64,000 bases of DNA, from positions 19,564,150 through 19,628,149 of the forward strand of contig NC_134026.1 of assembly GCF_964204645.1 (NCBI RefSeq), written 5' to 3'. This DNA is from Tubulanus polymorphus (Eukaryota; Animalia; Nemertea). The number at the start of each line of letters is the position of its first letter. Position 1 is the stretch's first letter. The translations under genes were made by a program, and so were the position numbers. Shown here piece after piece: positions 1 through 13,074 of this stretch. The notes below the pieces were generated by a model, which was given only the letters and a program-made list of their open reading frames with translations, had not been told where the DNA came from and did no database searches.

Positions 1-3000
1 CACTGCCTTGTTTTTCTTCCGCTAAAATCTATCGAAAATTGGCCTGGTTGAAAAATTAATTACACACTATATTATAGACTCTCTTGCCCGTACCGAAAAG
101 CTAAAAACGCTACATTTCTAAGCAGTATCTTATCGATCCGTCGACATATATTTTTCACTACTACACTTCACTGCCGAAAAACTTAAACTCATATTCTAGC
201 TTTTCGTCGGTACCATAAAAAAATACAACGGCAAAAAATCACATTTCCCTCACACATCCAATTTAGTTTAATTGGTTACTCAATTAATTACTGATTTGAT
301 GGAAAACTCTGAGCAAAAACATCGTCACACACACGCGTAGGGACCGATCACGACAAAAATTAGCCTAATTCATGATTGGCGTCGATTTTCCGTTTCCTCG
401 TATTTCTAATTTGTCGCAGGTCCGCAAAAATTATTCCCATACAGACGATATCAAATTAGTATGTTTTCTTGTATTTGTTATGAATTGGGATTGTGAGTGT
501 TCATAAGTCTTGAAGAACTAAGCTTATGAAAATCAATTCCAAAGGTTTTTGCATCATAAAAATTATCGCATTGTTTTAGGTCAGATTTGATGCAAATATG
601 CTAGACATGTAGAATTTGCTATTTTGACGTATAAATTGTATGCTTATGGTGACATCTTACTTTCGACAGAGCAATCGTTACCAATGTATCGGATAATGCC
701 GATGCATTCTTGGGAAATCCGTGTCCGCGATACAGGATAAGTTGTATGAACAGTCCCATTGCAATTTATGCACTGAATATGTCTCTGTAGTGCGTGTCAA
801 CGACTTTCCATTAGCAGAATCGGACAAACTGTTTACCGGCAAATGCCGAGATAACGCGTCTGCACAGAAAATCGCGCGCCACAATGGACGGGCGCAAAAA
901 GTAGAAATTCTGTCCGGGCGATACGCCGCGTCATATTGGCAGCCAAGCAAAAACAGCTAACTCGGATTAAAACTCAGTTTGTTGCTATCCAATGATGCAT
1001 GTGATGCGCATGCGCGCAATACCTGGCTGAGACGTCGGCGAATAACCTATATCGGAAACCTCGATGAACTTGTCACTGTTGCAATATAGATGAAGCATGT
1101 TTGCCTATGATATACATTTAATTTATCGTTTTTCAATACATTTCGAATTAATAGCTACGATTCGAGTGGAATGAACGATTATTCGATTATATACACTCAC
1201 CATATAGCGCCAGGCTATAAGTTTCAATACGGTGATGATTATCAATGTCCGAAAAGAAGGCAAAAGTTCGAAATATCGAATTTTCACCGGGAACCTTCGC
1301 GACTGTTCTTTTTAGAGTTCAAGGTCACTCACTGTATTTAGTTGGATATGAAAGCCGTTTTATCAATGAAATACGGTTTAGTGGTCACTATAGATAAAGT
1401 TCGAAAGAACGAAAAATTTACATAATCAGTTCCACGAGGGAGGTGCTACCCGAATGAAACCGTTATGAAGAAAACTCAATGGTATCTCTATAAAGACGGA
1501 TCGGCAAAGTACCAAATTAATCATATAACTGAACATTTTGTCGAATCACTTTGTCACGGCGTATTCAATGCAAGATGGAACTCTGAAACCTAGTCCGAAA
1601 CAGTTGACGAATTTTGTCTCATCTCTTTATCTCGTCTCGCCATCATAAATAATTGAACATACATCCCTTTATCTGCTGACTTCCAGTAGGAGCTAAATAA
1701 TAAATACGTTGTCACCATTTGAGAAACATTTTCATTTAAGAATGCCTAGCCTAGACACGGTTGTTTATTGGTATATTGCGAATGGTATATTGATGAAACG
1801 ATCCTCATTTGGGCAAAATTAACATTTTCTTTAGAAAGAAAGAATGCAGCCTTATTCGGGGTGTTTAGGTCTTGCGAGCGTGCAGGTTTCGTCAGTCTGC
1901 GATTAATGTATTCGGTTTCTCCCATCTCACCGCGAAAACGAGTTGAAATTCGTTCTAATAACGATAAGTTTGATTCATGTTTTTTAGCAAACACCATCAG
2001 CTTTGAGTGATATGTTATAATTCTGAACACACGAGTGCATATCCGGAGCATTCAGAATACCATTTTACTTTGTCTTTGAACATGAACGACGTTGAATTAA
2101 CTCGTTACGCTTATCAACTTATCCCCGACTTGCGATACAAGTTAATGTACACGAAAGCTCGATTTTCCCATCGAATCCATTTCCATAGGTTGAGATTAGG
2201 CCGCATTTTTCCGAGAGCTGCGCGAAATGCAGTACTTTCGACGTGATAAAGTGCCGTGCGTTGATTAAGCTTCATGTGCTGTGAATTCGCCACACGTTTT
2301 GACGCCATTTGAAAATTGTCCGACCAAAAAAGCAATTGCCGTCACGAAACGCTATATCGTCAGTCGGGTGGGTGAGAAGAAAGGCAATCCGCTCGACGAA
2401 CCGGCCGGCAAAAAGTATGTCTGAAATTGACTACTTCACTCGGTAAATTGCTCGTCATCGGCTGTCGTTCTGATCACTTATCTCGACACTTTAACGAGCC
2501 GAGGAAAGGAAACGATGCCGCTGCGTGCAAAGGCGTTTCGATCATCGGCACCAGGTTATCGTACACCTCGGCAATCTCGCTCTCAAATTGCGGAAAAGAG
2601 TTACGACATCCGATCGAATAGTAAATCATCTTCAACGTTAGTGACACGATAACGGTAAATTGTTTTCAACGTCACATGCGCAAGACATCGGCTTTTCTTT
2701 CTTTTTTCTTTCTTAAGAAACGTCATTAAAACTTGCGTAGGAGAAGACAGTGGGCTGTCAACGTAACGTTTTATTCATATGACTACATAGCAGATGTCTG
2801 TTGCAGTCAGTATAGTCACGTGGTCAGCATTGCCAAATAAAGTTACGTGTTAGGCATACATTTGAAATATGGCTAAAAGATGCCAACAAAAATGTCCACG
2901 TTTCATTTGTTTTTCTGACGAATGTTCTTTAATTTCTAATCGCGTCATTTCTGAAGGTAAGTGTTAAAAATGGAAATATAGCCGCAAAGCAGCGATAATG

Positions 3001-6000
3001 AGTTACTGATATCCGATGGTATCGTATCGTATCGTATTGTATCATATCGTATGCTCTATTTTTCTAAATGATTGTAGGATCGTAGATTATGAGACGAATC
3101 TAGATACCAACTTTGGTAATGATAAGACCAAGTTTAACTGAGATACAAGTATTTTGCTATAGTATTTGTATATCTTCTCCGTGTCGATGCGTGAAATCAA
3201 AAATGAATAATGAGGATTATGTTATTATCTTCATGTATTTTTGGTAAAATTAATCACGTTCTTCCACACAGTATTAGGCAGTGACGACTTAACGCACTCA
3301 GCGAACAGCGAACAGCGAACATGGGCTCCCTGCCTTTCTGAAAAATTCATGCTCATTTGCGGCGTTAAAGGTTGTGCATTAATCCGCTTAGGAACGCTAA
3401 TTTCCGCGTTTTCGTTCGCGCAGAGAGCCGCGTAAACTGGATTATCAACCGTATCACTGATATTGAATGATAGATGAGGTTCGAGCGATCTAAGGGGATC
3501 ATCTCATTAACGTTGGTACTGTTCCTCACACGAATCGACCCCAATATAATGAGCTATAGCTTCAGCGTAAATAAATGAATCGCTCGCTGTGGTCATAGGT
3601 AATGTGCTACGTTCCTTTCGATTCAGTTAACCAATTTTCTAAAAGTCGGGCACAAAGGAGGGCAGCATGAAAATTATAGATAATCAAAAACCTTTGCATG
3701 TAATATTCTGTCCGTTTTGGGGATGGGGGCATTTTCAGAAGGCCCGCTATGGCTGTACACCTACTTGTGCAGAAACTGAAATCAGCCGATGTATTTCGGG
3801 CCTGAAATATCGCGAGTGAGGCTTGACACGACTACTACTCGATTCTCGCACAAACCCAGCTACACAAAACGTTCATGAGACGTTTCATTTTGGTTTCGGT
3901 TTCGTTTCGTTATTTGAAACATTTTTAAAACTTATCGAAATTTTAACTTTCTGTTTATATGATGCATATCATAAGAAACATCAGAACTACACATTTTCAT
4001 GCATTCTACTATTATTCTACACCAGAAACCTCCTTTTTAAAAAAAAGAATAATTAATATGGAACGTTTAGAAAACTTTTTTCAAAACTTTCAAAGCTACG
4101 GTTTATGAAACGTTTACGGAACGTTTTCGTACAAAAACCTTATTCAATATTCGTTAAACAGGAGTATCTTATCGAGATTCTTTTTTTCTGAGGCCAATTT
4201 CAATGTTTAACGTCATCTTAGATTCAGTAAAAATCGATTCTTTAAAAGTTGATGTTTGTGGGATTCGAAGCTGATGTGCGCATTACTGAGGAGAGAGCTG
4301 TCTATGCGCACGCGTACGCATCAACGTCGCCATGAAATCGGCAATCGGTAACTGCGGCATTTTCTCTCAAAAAAGGAACGTTTGAAAACGGACGCTTGTA
4401 TACATAATTCGCGAATAACGTGCATTCAGTAGTAAGTCGCAATGTTTTCGCTCGGTCGCGCAAACAACAACTTCATCGGTCGTCCAGAAAATTAGATAAT
4501 TGCAATTAATCGCTGAAAAAAAGTCACTAAGACTCGTGATGATCGATCAAGCAAGAACTGATTGCGATGAAGGAACAAAATGTACGGTATTTATAATTGA
4601 TCGGATATAAAAATTAATGCCTCCCTTTAATGCGTTCTGTAAGTTAATTTACTACAGAGACGTCATATTCGAAAGCCGCCGTCATCCATAGCACGCATAG
4701 ATTTGTGAATGAAATGAAACGAGCAGTTTCAGCGGCGAAAAGCGTACGGCAACAAAAAGAAAAAATAAACTTGATGAGAATCATTTCTCGTTTCTCCTAA
4801 TTAGACGGGTCACTTTGTAAACTGCAATGGAATTTGTAATCATTTCGTTTCAATAAATGCCGAGTCTGTTATGGTTAGCTTGATCGTGATCACAAAAAAG
4901 TAATGTAGTGGTAGAAAGGCGGCCGGCTGGTACGGCATTTAAGCTGGGCAGAAATTATCATAGACTGAATCATAGAGGTCAAAAAGTCAGAAAAATCGGA
5001 ATTTTGTCAGCTCTAACAGAAATGAAATATATATTTGCAAGGAAGAGGGGATTATTCAGTAGTGTAGCTATTTTTGTCGAATAGAAGATTTAGAAATATA
5101 ATTAAAAGGTTTACAGTAACTAGTAATTATTATTGTTACTAGGCGCCATTTTATTCTATACATTTCAAAGTTGTTTTGAAATCAATTGGTCTGAAAGTGT
5201 CGAATTCTCTGTAAGAATTGACGGCATTGCTTCAATAAATAGTAAGTCAGGGATTATATATAATCACCATTTGATTTGAAAATTATTTTATGAATCACAC
5301 TTGGAAATTCTATTGAACATATGAAGAACATTTTTCGTAAGAATCCACACCTTTCGCTTCATTCAGTATTTGGTATAACTTGTATCTATTGGATTGAATA
5401 AGGTCTGACAACATATCAAAATCTATCGACGCTTTATATGGTGGCTGATTCGTATGATGGCTGATTTTAGTCATACAAAGTGATAAGAGAATTGATAAAA
5501 GCAATGTATTCAAACTGATAATACTCATTTGATTGCGGCCCGACTGAAGCGAGAACTACGCCAAATTCTTCTCAATGTATAACGCCGCAACATAACAATC
5601 ATATTCGATGAAAAATTTATATGAAACCGAACGACGCAATGAAAATGACGATAACAAATAATGAACCGGGGCAGTTCGAGTTATAATATATATGTATCGA
5701 CCGAATATGTGACTATACGACTGTTGCATCGTCAGGAGATAATTACTAATAATAAGTGAACGCGCGCTAGAAAATTTCCCAGTCTCACATGACCAATAAA
5801 AGCACTTTTGATTATGCTCTCACACAGTCCCTTTGCATACAATGTGCACTATTCGAATACTCGTATATTAACAAAAAATATATATATTTATGTTTAAAGC
5901 AAATATTGCGCGTAATTATTGATGCTTAAATCATCACAAGTTTGCCGAGTTTTTCTTGTAGCCACGCGATGGTTCGTGAGCAATTAGAGAATAATTTTGA

Positions 6001-6684
6001 GTCCTACGACTGATATGAAAAAAAAACAGCTTCTAAGGAGGTGATGATAGGGAAGCAGGCGGTACGAGGTTCGTAGCCATATTCGCCATTATCTGTTTGC
6101 CCAGTCAATGAAATCGTAATACGCTGAACGTACCCGAGCCCGTTCGGAATAGAATATTTCTATCTGCAGCTCTTAATACATTTTCACGGCTTGCCCGCTT
6201 CTTCGAAGCTGTTATCGAAATGACGATGGAAGCATTGTACTGAACACGATTTCCCGTGACGCACAAGTCTTATTATTGTCCGTCGTTATCAACCGAAAAA
6301 AAACCTCGATGGATAATTTGTGTTCATATACAAATGAATCGTTTGGTCGGCGCAGCGATAAATCCGATCCGTGATTAGTGGTCGGATTTTTCGAGCAATC
6401 GCCATCGTTCTTATTTTTACCGGGTGATTTGTCGCTGTCGGTTTGAGCTATAGTGAGGACAGGCGAACGTCTATCCATCCATCCATCCATCCATCCATCC
6501 ATCCGTGTTCCTATTAAAAGTGAAATATTTACGACGCCATTACGGGCTTCACGATTGAACCCGAGATTTATAGGTATTTCTAATGTTTTTGTATAGCCAA
6601 AGACTGCTTTCAGCCTCGAGCAACAAATTGGTTCGATTTTACTTGATGAAAAGCTTTATCAATACCAGACGATCGTTCTAATAT

Positions 6685-6836
6685 ACAGTCAACCAACCCC
6701 CGATATACCACCCACGTCGGTGCAGAACGATTTAAGCGGTATAGAGAGTATGGCGGTATATCGGGGGTGTTTTACTATGTATTTGTATAGATACATATAT
6801 CGAGAAATCCTGGCGATATCGGGGGTGGCGGTATGT
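6685..6836. mobile_element. Partial copy of the Tc1/pogo-like MITE
   Basis: TACAGTCAACCAACCCCCGATATACCACCC...GGTGCAGAACGA...GTATGGCGGTATATCGGGGGTG matches 53023-53212. Confidence 0.6.
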
Positions 6837-8977
6837 ACAAACACAAAACGGTAGCCTTGATAATTCGGTACCCATATTGTGAAATAACTGGCCTATAAAC
6901 GTTGCTGTTTCATTAGAAGAATCCGTAGAACGTTCGATTCGTACATAACAAAAAAAAAATTAGCAAAACTATTAGTGTTCTATCTCAACTACTCTGCTGT
7001 CGTCTGAACCGACAGCTATTTTGCGAACTGTGCACTCTTGCCGACGATTCCGATAAGAAAAAAAAAATCGTCTACAAATTAGGTTTCGCCCCTTTTGTAC
7101 TCATTATTCGGAACGTATAGTCAATTTCTTTTTCACTTCTCTTCAATGAAACTGCTACTTGTTATTCATTCGTTCATCTTTGTCTCAGAAAACGTTTTCT
7201 CCGTAGCATATCACGTTACTGCATACACCCGAAGAGCACTTAAAATACAGGCTCCATATACACATGCCGCAACCAAGATAACGTTATATTGGTCCGTGCT
7301 CTATTTCTTAATTGATTTCAATGCCAGAAAATCATTTTATTATTGCTAACATATTTACATCAATATTTGAAAAGAAAATCTACAAAATACTTTCGGGCTA
7401 TTTACACACGGAAAATGACAAAAATATATAAATGGAAATGAAATCTTATAGGCTTATGATTAATTTCAAATCTCGATGTATCGAATTGGAGAGCCGGCAA
7501 AAAAATCAACCCAAATAAGTCGCTTGTCGGTTCAGGCTAGATGGAACATTGCTTACACGAATCATCCTCGCTTACCAGGGTTTGTTTGCCTCCCGCAGTA
7601 GCTCATGCCAATACAAACCCTGGCCCCAGTTCCTTCATCGGTCCAATAGACGGCCGTTGTGTTGACGTGAGCTAAGGCGAGAGACGATCATACCCTGGTA
7701 AGTGAGGGTGACAATTGGAACCGAAATTTCCAAGTACGTACCTAGATTAAAACAAAAATTTGTGTTCATTCGACCACGGACTATAGTTCATGTGAGACCG
7801 ACCATCCTACACTATATTAGTACTTCGATTTCCGATTTTGAATTTTCCGAAATCAAACCCCGTGTTTCATTCCCGGCAGGTTTTATGTACCCACAGCAAA
7901 AACTGGCGTAACTTACAAATCAATCGACTATTTGAATAAGAGGGGCAATTCCCTATTCCAAGATCGAAAATATAAAACGACGTATCAAATATGATACTGG
8001 TTTATTCAACATAGCCTATATTACAGGCGTCCAAAGCGAAATTTAATTTGCTGCACGCGTGGTCACATAATAATCGATAATGCTATGTTATGTTACTTAA
8101 GAAATAATCGCGTGATTCTAGCTAATATCACGAAACGCCACTTCGCGTCCGTATTACCATAGATCACCCGCCACAAGTCTTCGCTTACCGCGGCTATCGA
8201 ACCGCCTGCGTCCAGTCAGATTAAACATAATCGTCGTTCCGCCGCTAAACGCTCGTCCCGGTACTTCTGCCTTAATAGAGACAACTTCCGCAACCTGACG
8301 GACGGTTACGGTCCGTTTGCATTAAGTAAACCGTAATCGTATGCTCGAAACCGTTACGCGATAATTAGAACTACCGCAACCGTGACGAATATCATTACCA
8401 AAACAAGATATATACGTATACATGTGTATATTGTGATTAAAAATCCCATATTTTTTGCTTAAATGAATGTTATCATTTACCTTTACAGGGGCGGATCCAG
8501 GGCACCTGATAGAAAAGGGCAATATTGCAGAGGCACTTCCTCCCCCAGGAAGATTTCGATAATAAGCCCCTGGATATGCAATTTCCAAACATTGGTGTTT
8601 CTTTCAACCAATGATAAACATTCAAAAAAATTTGGGCCGTTGGACTCCTTAACTGGAAAAACTTGATGCTACCCAATGTATCCGCACCTACTTTAAAAAC
8701 GAACAGTATTCAAATTCCTGACATACAAAATTAGTAAACCAGTACTGTCTATGAAAATGACAAACACGGGAATTATTAATTTCCACAGAATGTTAAGACA
8801 AATTTCTTCAGGGGATTAGTAGGTATATAAATGGGGCACAAAACTATCCAAACATCTACATCGCATTGGGAGTGAATTTAGAAGGCCTATCGGTGTCTCG
8901 TGGTCTAGGCTACTTGGCGGCTATGTACCTAACTTCTTGTTCAAATTTAGCAACGTTGCAATAGAATTCGATACCCG

Positions 8978-9087
8978 GGGTCCAGTTCCACAGTTCCGAG
9001 TTAAGATTTGACTCAGAGTAAACTCATTGAAAATGAACGAACTTTAGCTCAGAGTTAACTCTAGCTAACAACTTTGAAACTGGGTCC
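8978..9087. mobile_element. Short Harbinger-like MITE
   Basis: GGGTCCAGTTCCACAGTT ... AACTTTGAAACTGGGTCC. Confidence 0.6.
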
Positions 9088-9162
9088 AGGATTACAACAG
9101 GGTGAAGTTAACTTATGTTACCACTTGAAACAATCCATTCTTCGAGAAATTGTTCCAAACTC

Positions 9163-9850
9163 AAAACGGGGGCCTTTTAATAATCGCGTTTAGCGGCGCC
9201 GCTATATCGTTTATGATGACGGTACAACACTATTGGCGACTGAGAATTTCATGGACATATTCGTGACGTCAAACGCAAAAAAATCACTGAACCTAAACGC
9301 AAACGTTGCGGAAGATCTCATCCATGCTGGCGCCTGACAGATTCAAGCGCTCGAGCCCTCGTCGGTTATGCAGTACACTATTATCGTAATGTCGCTATAT
9401 TACCTCAAAAGCTAGAATAATAATTTTCTTGTTTGTATCTTTGTTTTGAGACTCGCAGCATCGTAATAAGCAATCGGAAAACTATTAGTTACTACTCGAA
9501 ACAAACCATTATTCGATATAATTTGTTTAAAACTTAAAACGAGGAGCCTTTAAAAATTACGTTTAGCGGCGCTGCTTTACGTGATCCCGTTTCGTGTACG
9601 GCTATTGTCGACTGAGAATTGCACGGACATTCGTGACGTCAAAAGCAAAAAAATCACTGAAACTAACCGTTGGGTTGCGGAAGATCTAATTGAAGGCTGA
9701 CGCTCGACAGTTTCAAAAGCTCGAGCCCTAGTCTGTACGCTATTATCGTTGTCGCTATAATGCCTCTAAAGCTAAAACAATAATTTTCTTGTTCGTAGCT
9801 TCGTTTTGTGAGACTCGCAGCATCGTAAAAAGCAATCGGAAAACTCTAAA
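9163..9850. repeat. Diverged tandem duplication of an about-370-bp unit
   Basis: CGTTTAGCGGCGC...GACTGAGAATT...TTCGTGACGTCAAA.GCAAAAAAATCACTGAA...GTTGCGGAAGATCT...GCTCGAGCCCT...GAGACTCGCAGCATCGTAA..AGCAATCGGAAAACT occurs twice (from about 9163 and about 9536). Confidence 0.9.
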
Positions 9851-11371
9851 ACTGAATGCACTATGTTTCCGCTCGTTGAATAAATGGAGTAGGCTAGATC
9901 GTAAATGTACATTTCAGTTTCTGCTGCTGCATAAGCTGCAATATTTCCAGTTATACAATCTAGAAAACACCGGGGCATTCAGTAATTTGTCTGATGGACG
10001 TCTTGAAACATGTTCGTTGATATGAAATGAATTTCAACACTGATACCGCCAACCAATTATGAAAATAGGCATGCGACAGAATTCCTGTCCATTTGCGTTA
10101 TTTAGTTGTACCTACGTATACCGGCATTTAGGTCAAAAGGGTATGAGGTGCCGTCAAAAGTCGGTCAGTCGGGTGTAATTTTCTGCGAACTCGATAAAAA
10201 AAGAGGATAAATAGATGGACGATATCGAAATGAAACTTTTGCACCAAGTAACAAACGAAAGTGCCGAGGATAATTCGTGTCAAATCCATCAATTTATTTG
10301 TCTTTGAAAAGAAGATTTGCATTTCAATATGGCGCTAGCGCGTTCGACGAATGCAAATCCTATCGAGTTTGGAAACGGATTAATCTTTAGAACACGCCGC
10401 TGGCAACGTCTCCAATGATTTTCCGCGTCTAGACAAACTGATTTCTTCTGCGAGTCCTCAAATAGCGTCTTTTTATTAGCTTTAATCGGCCATCATCGAC
10501 CAAACGTATCTCTTTCGCTGTCTTAATTGAAATCGAACGGTTTCGTCGAGTGAATTGATCTTCATTTTCGGAAGGAATCCGCATGGATTTGTCTGGCTCT
10601 GAGGAATATAGTTCGTTCTCCCAGCCTTCTCAGATAGGTTTTCAACCTAATTCGAAAATAGAAATAGAATCAACATCGCCTTATCCACATCGATTGAATT
10701 TTGTATATTTGTGGGTCGCATTTATAAACGTATAGGCCTACTTAATTCCTGTTTGTCGGTACCGTTTTGCCATCTTGCTGGCAAACCCGGTGGAAGGTGG
10801 TTTGTACGTTCGAACGAACGAAAGAAAAAAAGAATAACGGTAGATAGAAAAAGTTGTGAAGCAAGATATGTTTTTCATGAAATAATTGATTCTATAACTT
10901 TCAATGAAAATCGGAAACCTCTGCTTTTAACGACACCCAAAATCAATAAAAGCAGGTTGTTTTCACGAGCGGTTTCCAGCTTCAGGAACTGGTATTCATC
11001 AAGGCTGATCTAATGGTGATAATAATATTGGTTTTTCAAAGAAATTGAAACAATTTATAATATGATACCCATACATAAATATAAATACAAGTACAAAATG
11101 TGCCAATATCAAATGAAGGAACCCAGTGAAGCAAATGCTTGTTGGTTTGGGCACCCACAATACACACGCTCATTCTTCACAAGCATACATACATTCACAG
11201 ATTCACACACAACATACTAGTACAGTAAATAATTATTTGAAATTCAGTATTCTAAGAGTTTATTACTTTTGAATGACTGTTTGAAGGAATTTAGTGATTT
11301 TTTTTAATTTAAGGTTGTTATTGGAATTTTGCCTCATTATTGGAATTAAGTTGAGGAAACTTTCAACTAAT

Positions 11372-13074
11372 CTAATAACTGTTAATCTTTGCGAGAACCT
11401 GTTGCGCCGTCTGATTTCCGGAATGCATGGCTCCGTGTACGTAACCAAACGCTGTAGCCGAGTACCCCTCACCCGCGAAATACAACTTATCATTCAAAGG
11501 AGCGCCCATAAGAGCGTGCTTCTCAGCGGACATCCACGGAGGCCAGTTAGAATAGGCTCCGTAATAGAGCGGGTTAGTATGCCAGTCGGGGACGATGATT
11601 TCAACGGGTTCGGGCACCTTTGCTCCGTACATGCTTCTCAAAACCGCGGTTAATTCGGCTTTAACAACCGCTACGGGCAGACGAGACACTCTATCAGCCT
11701 GGTCACCGAACACGGTAGCTAACAACATATTGGTACCAGCCGGGTGGAGACCTTCCGCTTCCAGACTCTGCCATAGAGTGTAATAACCTTTCGTCGGATG
11801 GGCGAAGACGATGTATTCTTTGTTGTCCCAAAATCGTTGAACCTCCTTGTCGAATCGCATGAATATTTTCGTGTAGGTTCCCATTCCGAAACTGTCGAAG
11901 GCTACTTGTTTTTGCGGAGAAAATCTGGGAATGAATTTGACCGCGTCGCTCTGCATGACTCCAACACTGAACGTACAGATGGCGTAGTCACCAATGAAAA
12001 TCTTTCCAGACGTCGTCTTGACCTTGACACCGCGACTTGATAAGCTGTAGGCAACTTTGCTGATCCTTTCGTTAAGAACGAGCTGTCTGTCACGGTCTGT
12101 TAGGAATTCATCTGCTAATTGCTCAAGTACAAACCCAAACCCTCTCTGATCGGTTACGAAGAAATCTTTGTGCGCGAAATTGTCCTGCATCGTCTGATAG
12201 TGAAGCGTCGATGTCATTTCCGGTGTGGCGGCATTTCCGTACGCCAGATGAGCAGTCTCGAGCACCGTCTCAAGGGTCGTTCTTCTTATAGGCCAACCTC
12301 CAAAATGTAACGCAGCGCTTTCTGGTATGTCAGCCATCCTGTTTTTCACCATAAACTCCGCGAGCACCTTAGCGCCCTCCATCGCCTTATTCAACTTCGC
12401 AGATATTCTAAACGCTTCGCGTGTTACGTCATTTCCGGTCGCATCGCGAACAATCAGATTTCCTTGGTTTGAAATTATGCCGGATAGATTGTATTTCTTG
12501 GCCAGGTCCCATAGCGGATTCCCGTCAGTACCGTGAACCCAATTGGCTCCGAGTTCGATTTTCTTATCGCCGAATCTTTTAGCTTTCACTCTTCCGCCGA
12601 TGTGGTTCTCGGCGTCAATGATGATGAGGTCATTGACTCCGTGATCGTGTAGATATTTAGCGGCTGATATACCGGCGGCTCCAGCTCCTAGGATTAATAC
12701 TTTAGCGCGACGCGGTGGCAGTTCATTTCTGTTTGCACCTGAAATTGACAAGAATAAAATAGATTAACAAATCTAGCAAGGAACGACTGTCTACTATATC
12801 AACCCGGTTAGTAGTATCATCGTAGGTTTCAATACATGTTATAACGTATTGCATGATCTTAGCGCTCGCTACAAACAAACTAAACCCAGTCACGCAATAG
12901 GAGACACCGTCCAGACTGGAAGAATGGTCTCCTACGGATAAGAATACTCCGCCCGAACTAAAATAATGGCCGTTTTTCATCAGGAGACACCGTCCTGTGA
13001 TCGAAGTGATACTTACAATGCGTAGCGAGCACTGCTGCTAACAAAATGACAGCAATTATATTCGACTTCGTCAT
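11372..13074 (-). CDS. Secreted flavin-dependent polyamine oxidase (maize PAO-like amine oxidase), 474 aa; join(13017..13074,11372..12738)
   Basis: Contains the GAGAAG dinucleotide-binding motif plus IGGRV...IELGANWVHG, FVTDQRGF, YTKIFMRF (conserved Lys), YGAYSNWP, LYFAGE and GYVHGAMHSG, all typical of ZmPAO-type enzymes. The upstream exon ATG at 13074 encodes the hydrophobic MTKSNIIAVILLAAVLATH and ends T|GTAAGT. It joins in phase 1 to the TTTCAG| acceptor at 12739-12740. A probable 5'UTR intron lies at about 13114-13457. Confidence 0.93.

Noticed and set aside
11294-12536. Plus-strand ORFs overlapping the oxidase, and minus-strand ORFs over the K2P exon
   Set aside because: Antisense shadows of real coding exons.
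12739-12751. ORF-track start of the oxidase (MSISG)
   Set aside because: Lies in the intron acceptor; the real start is the signal-peptide exon at 13074.
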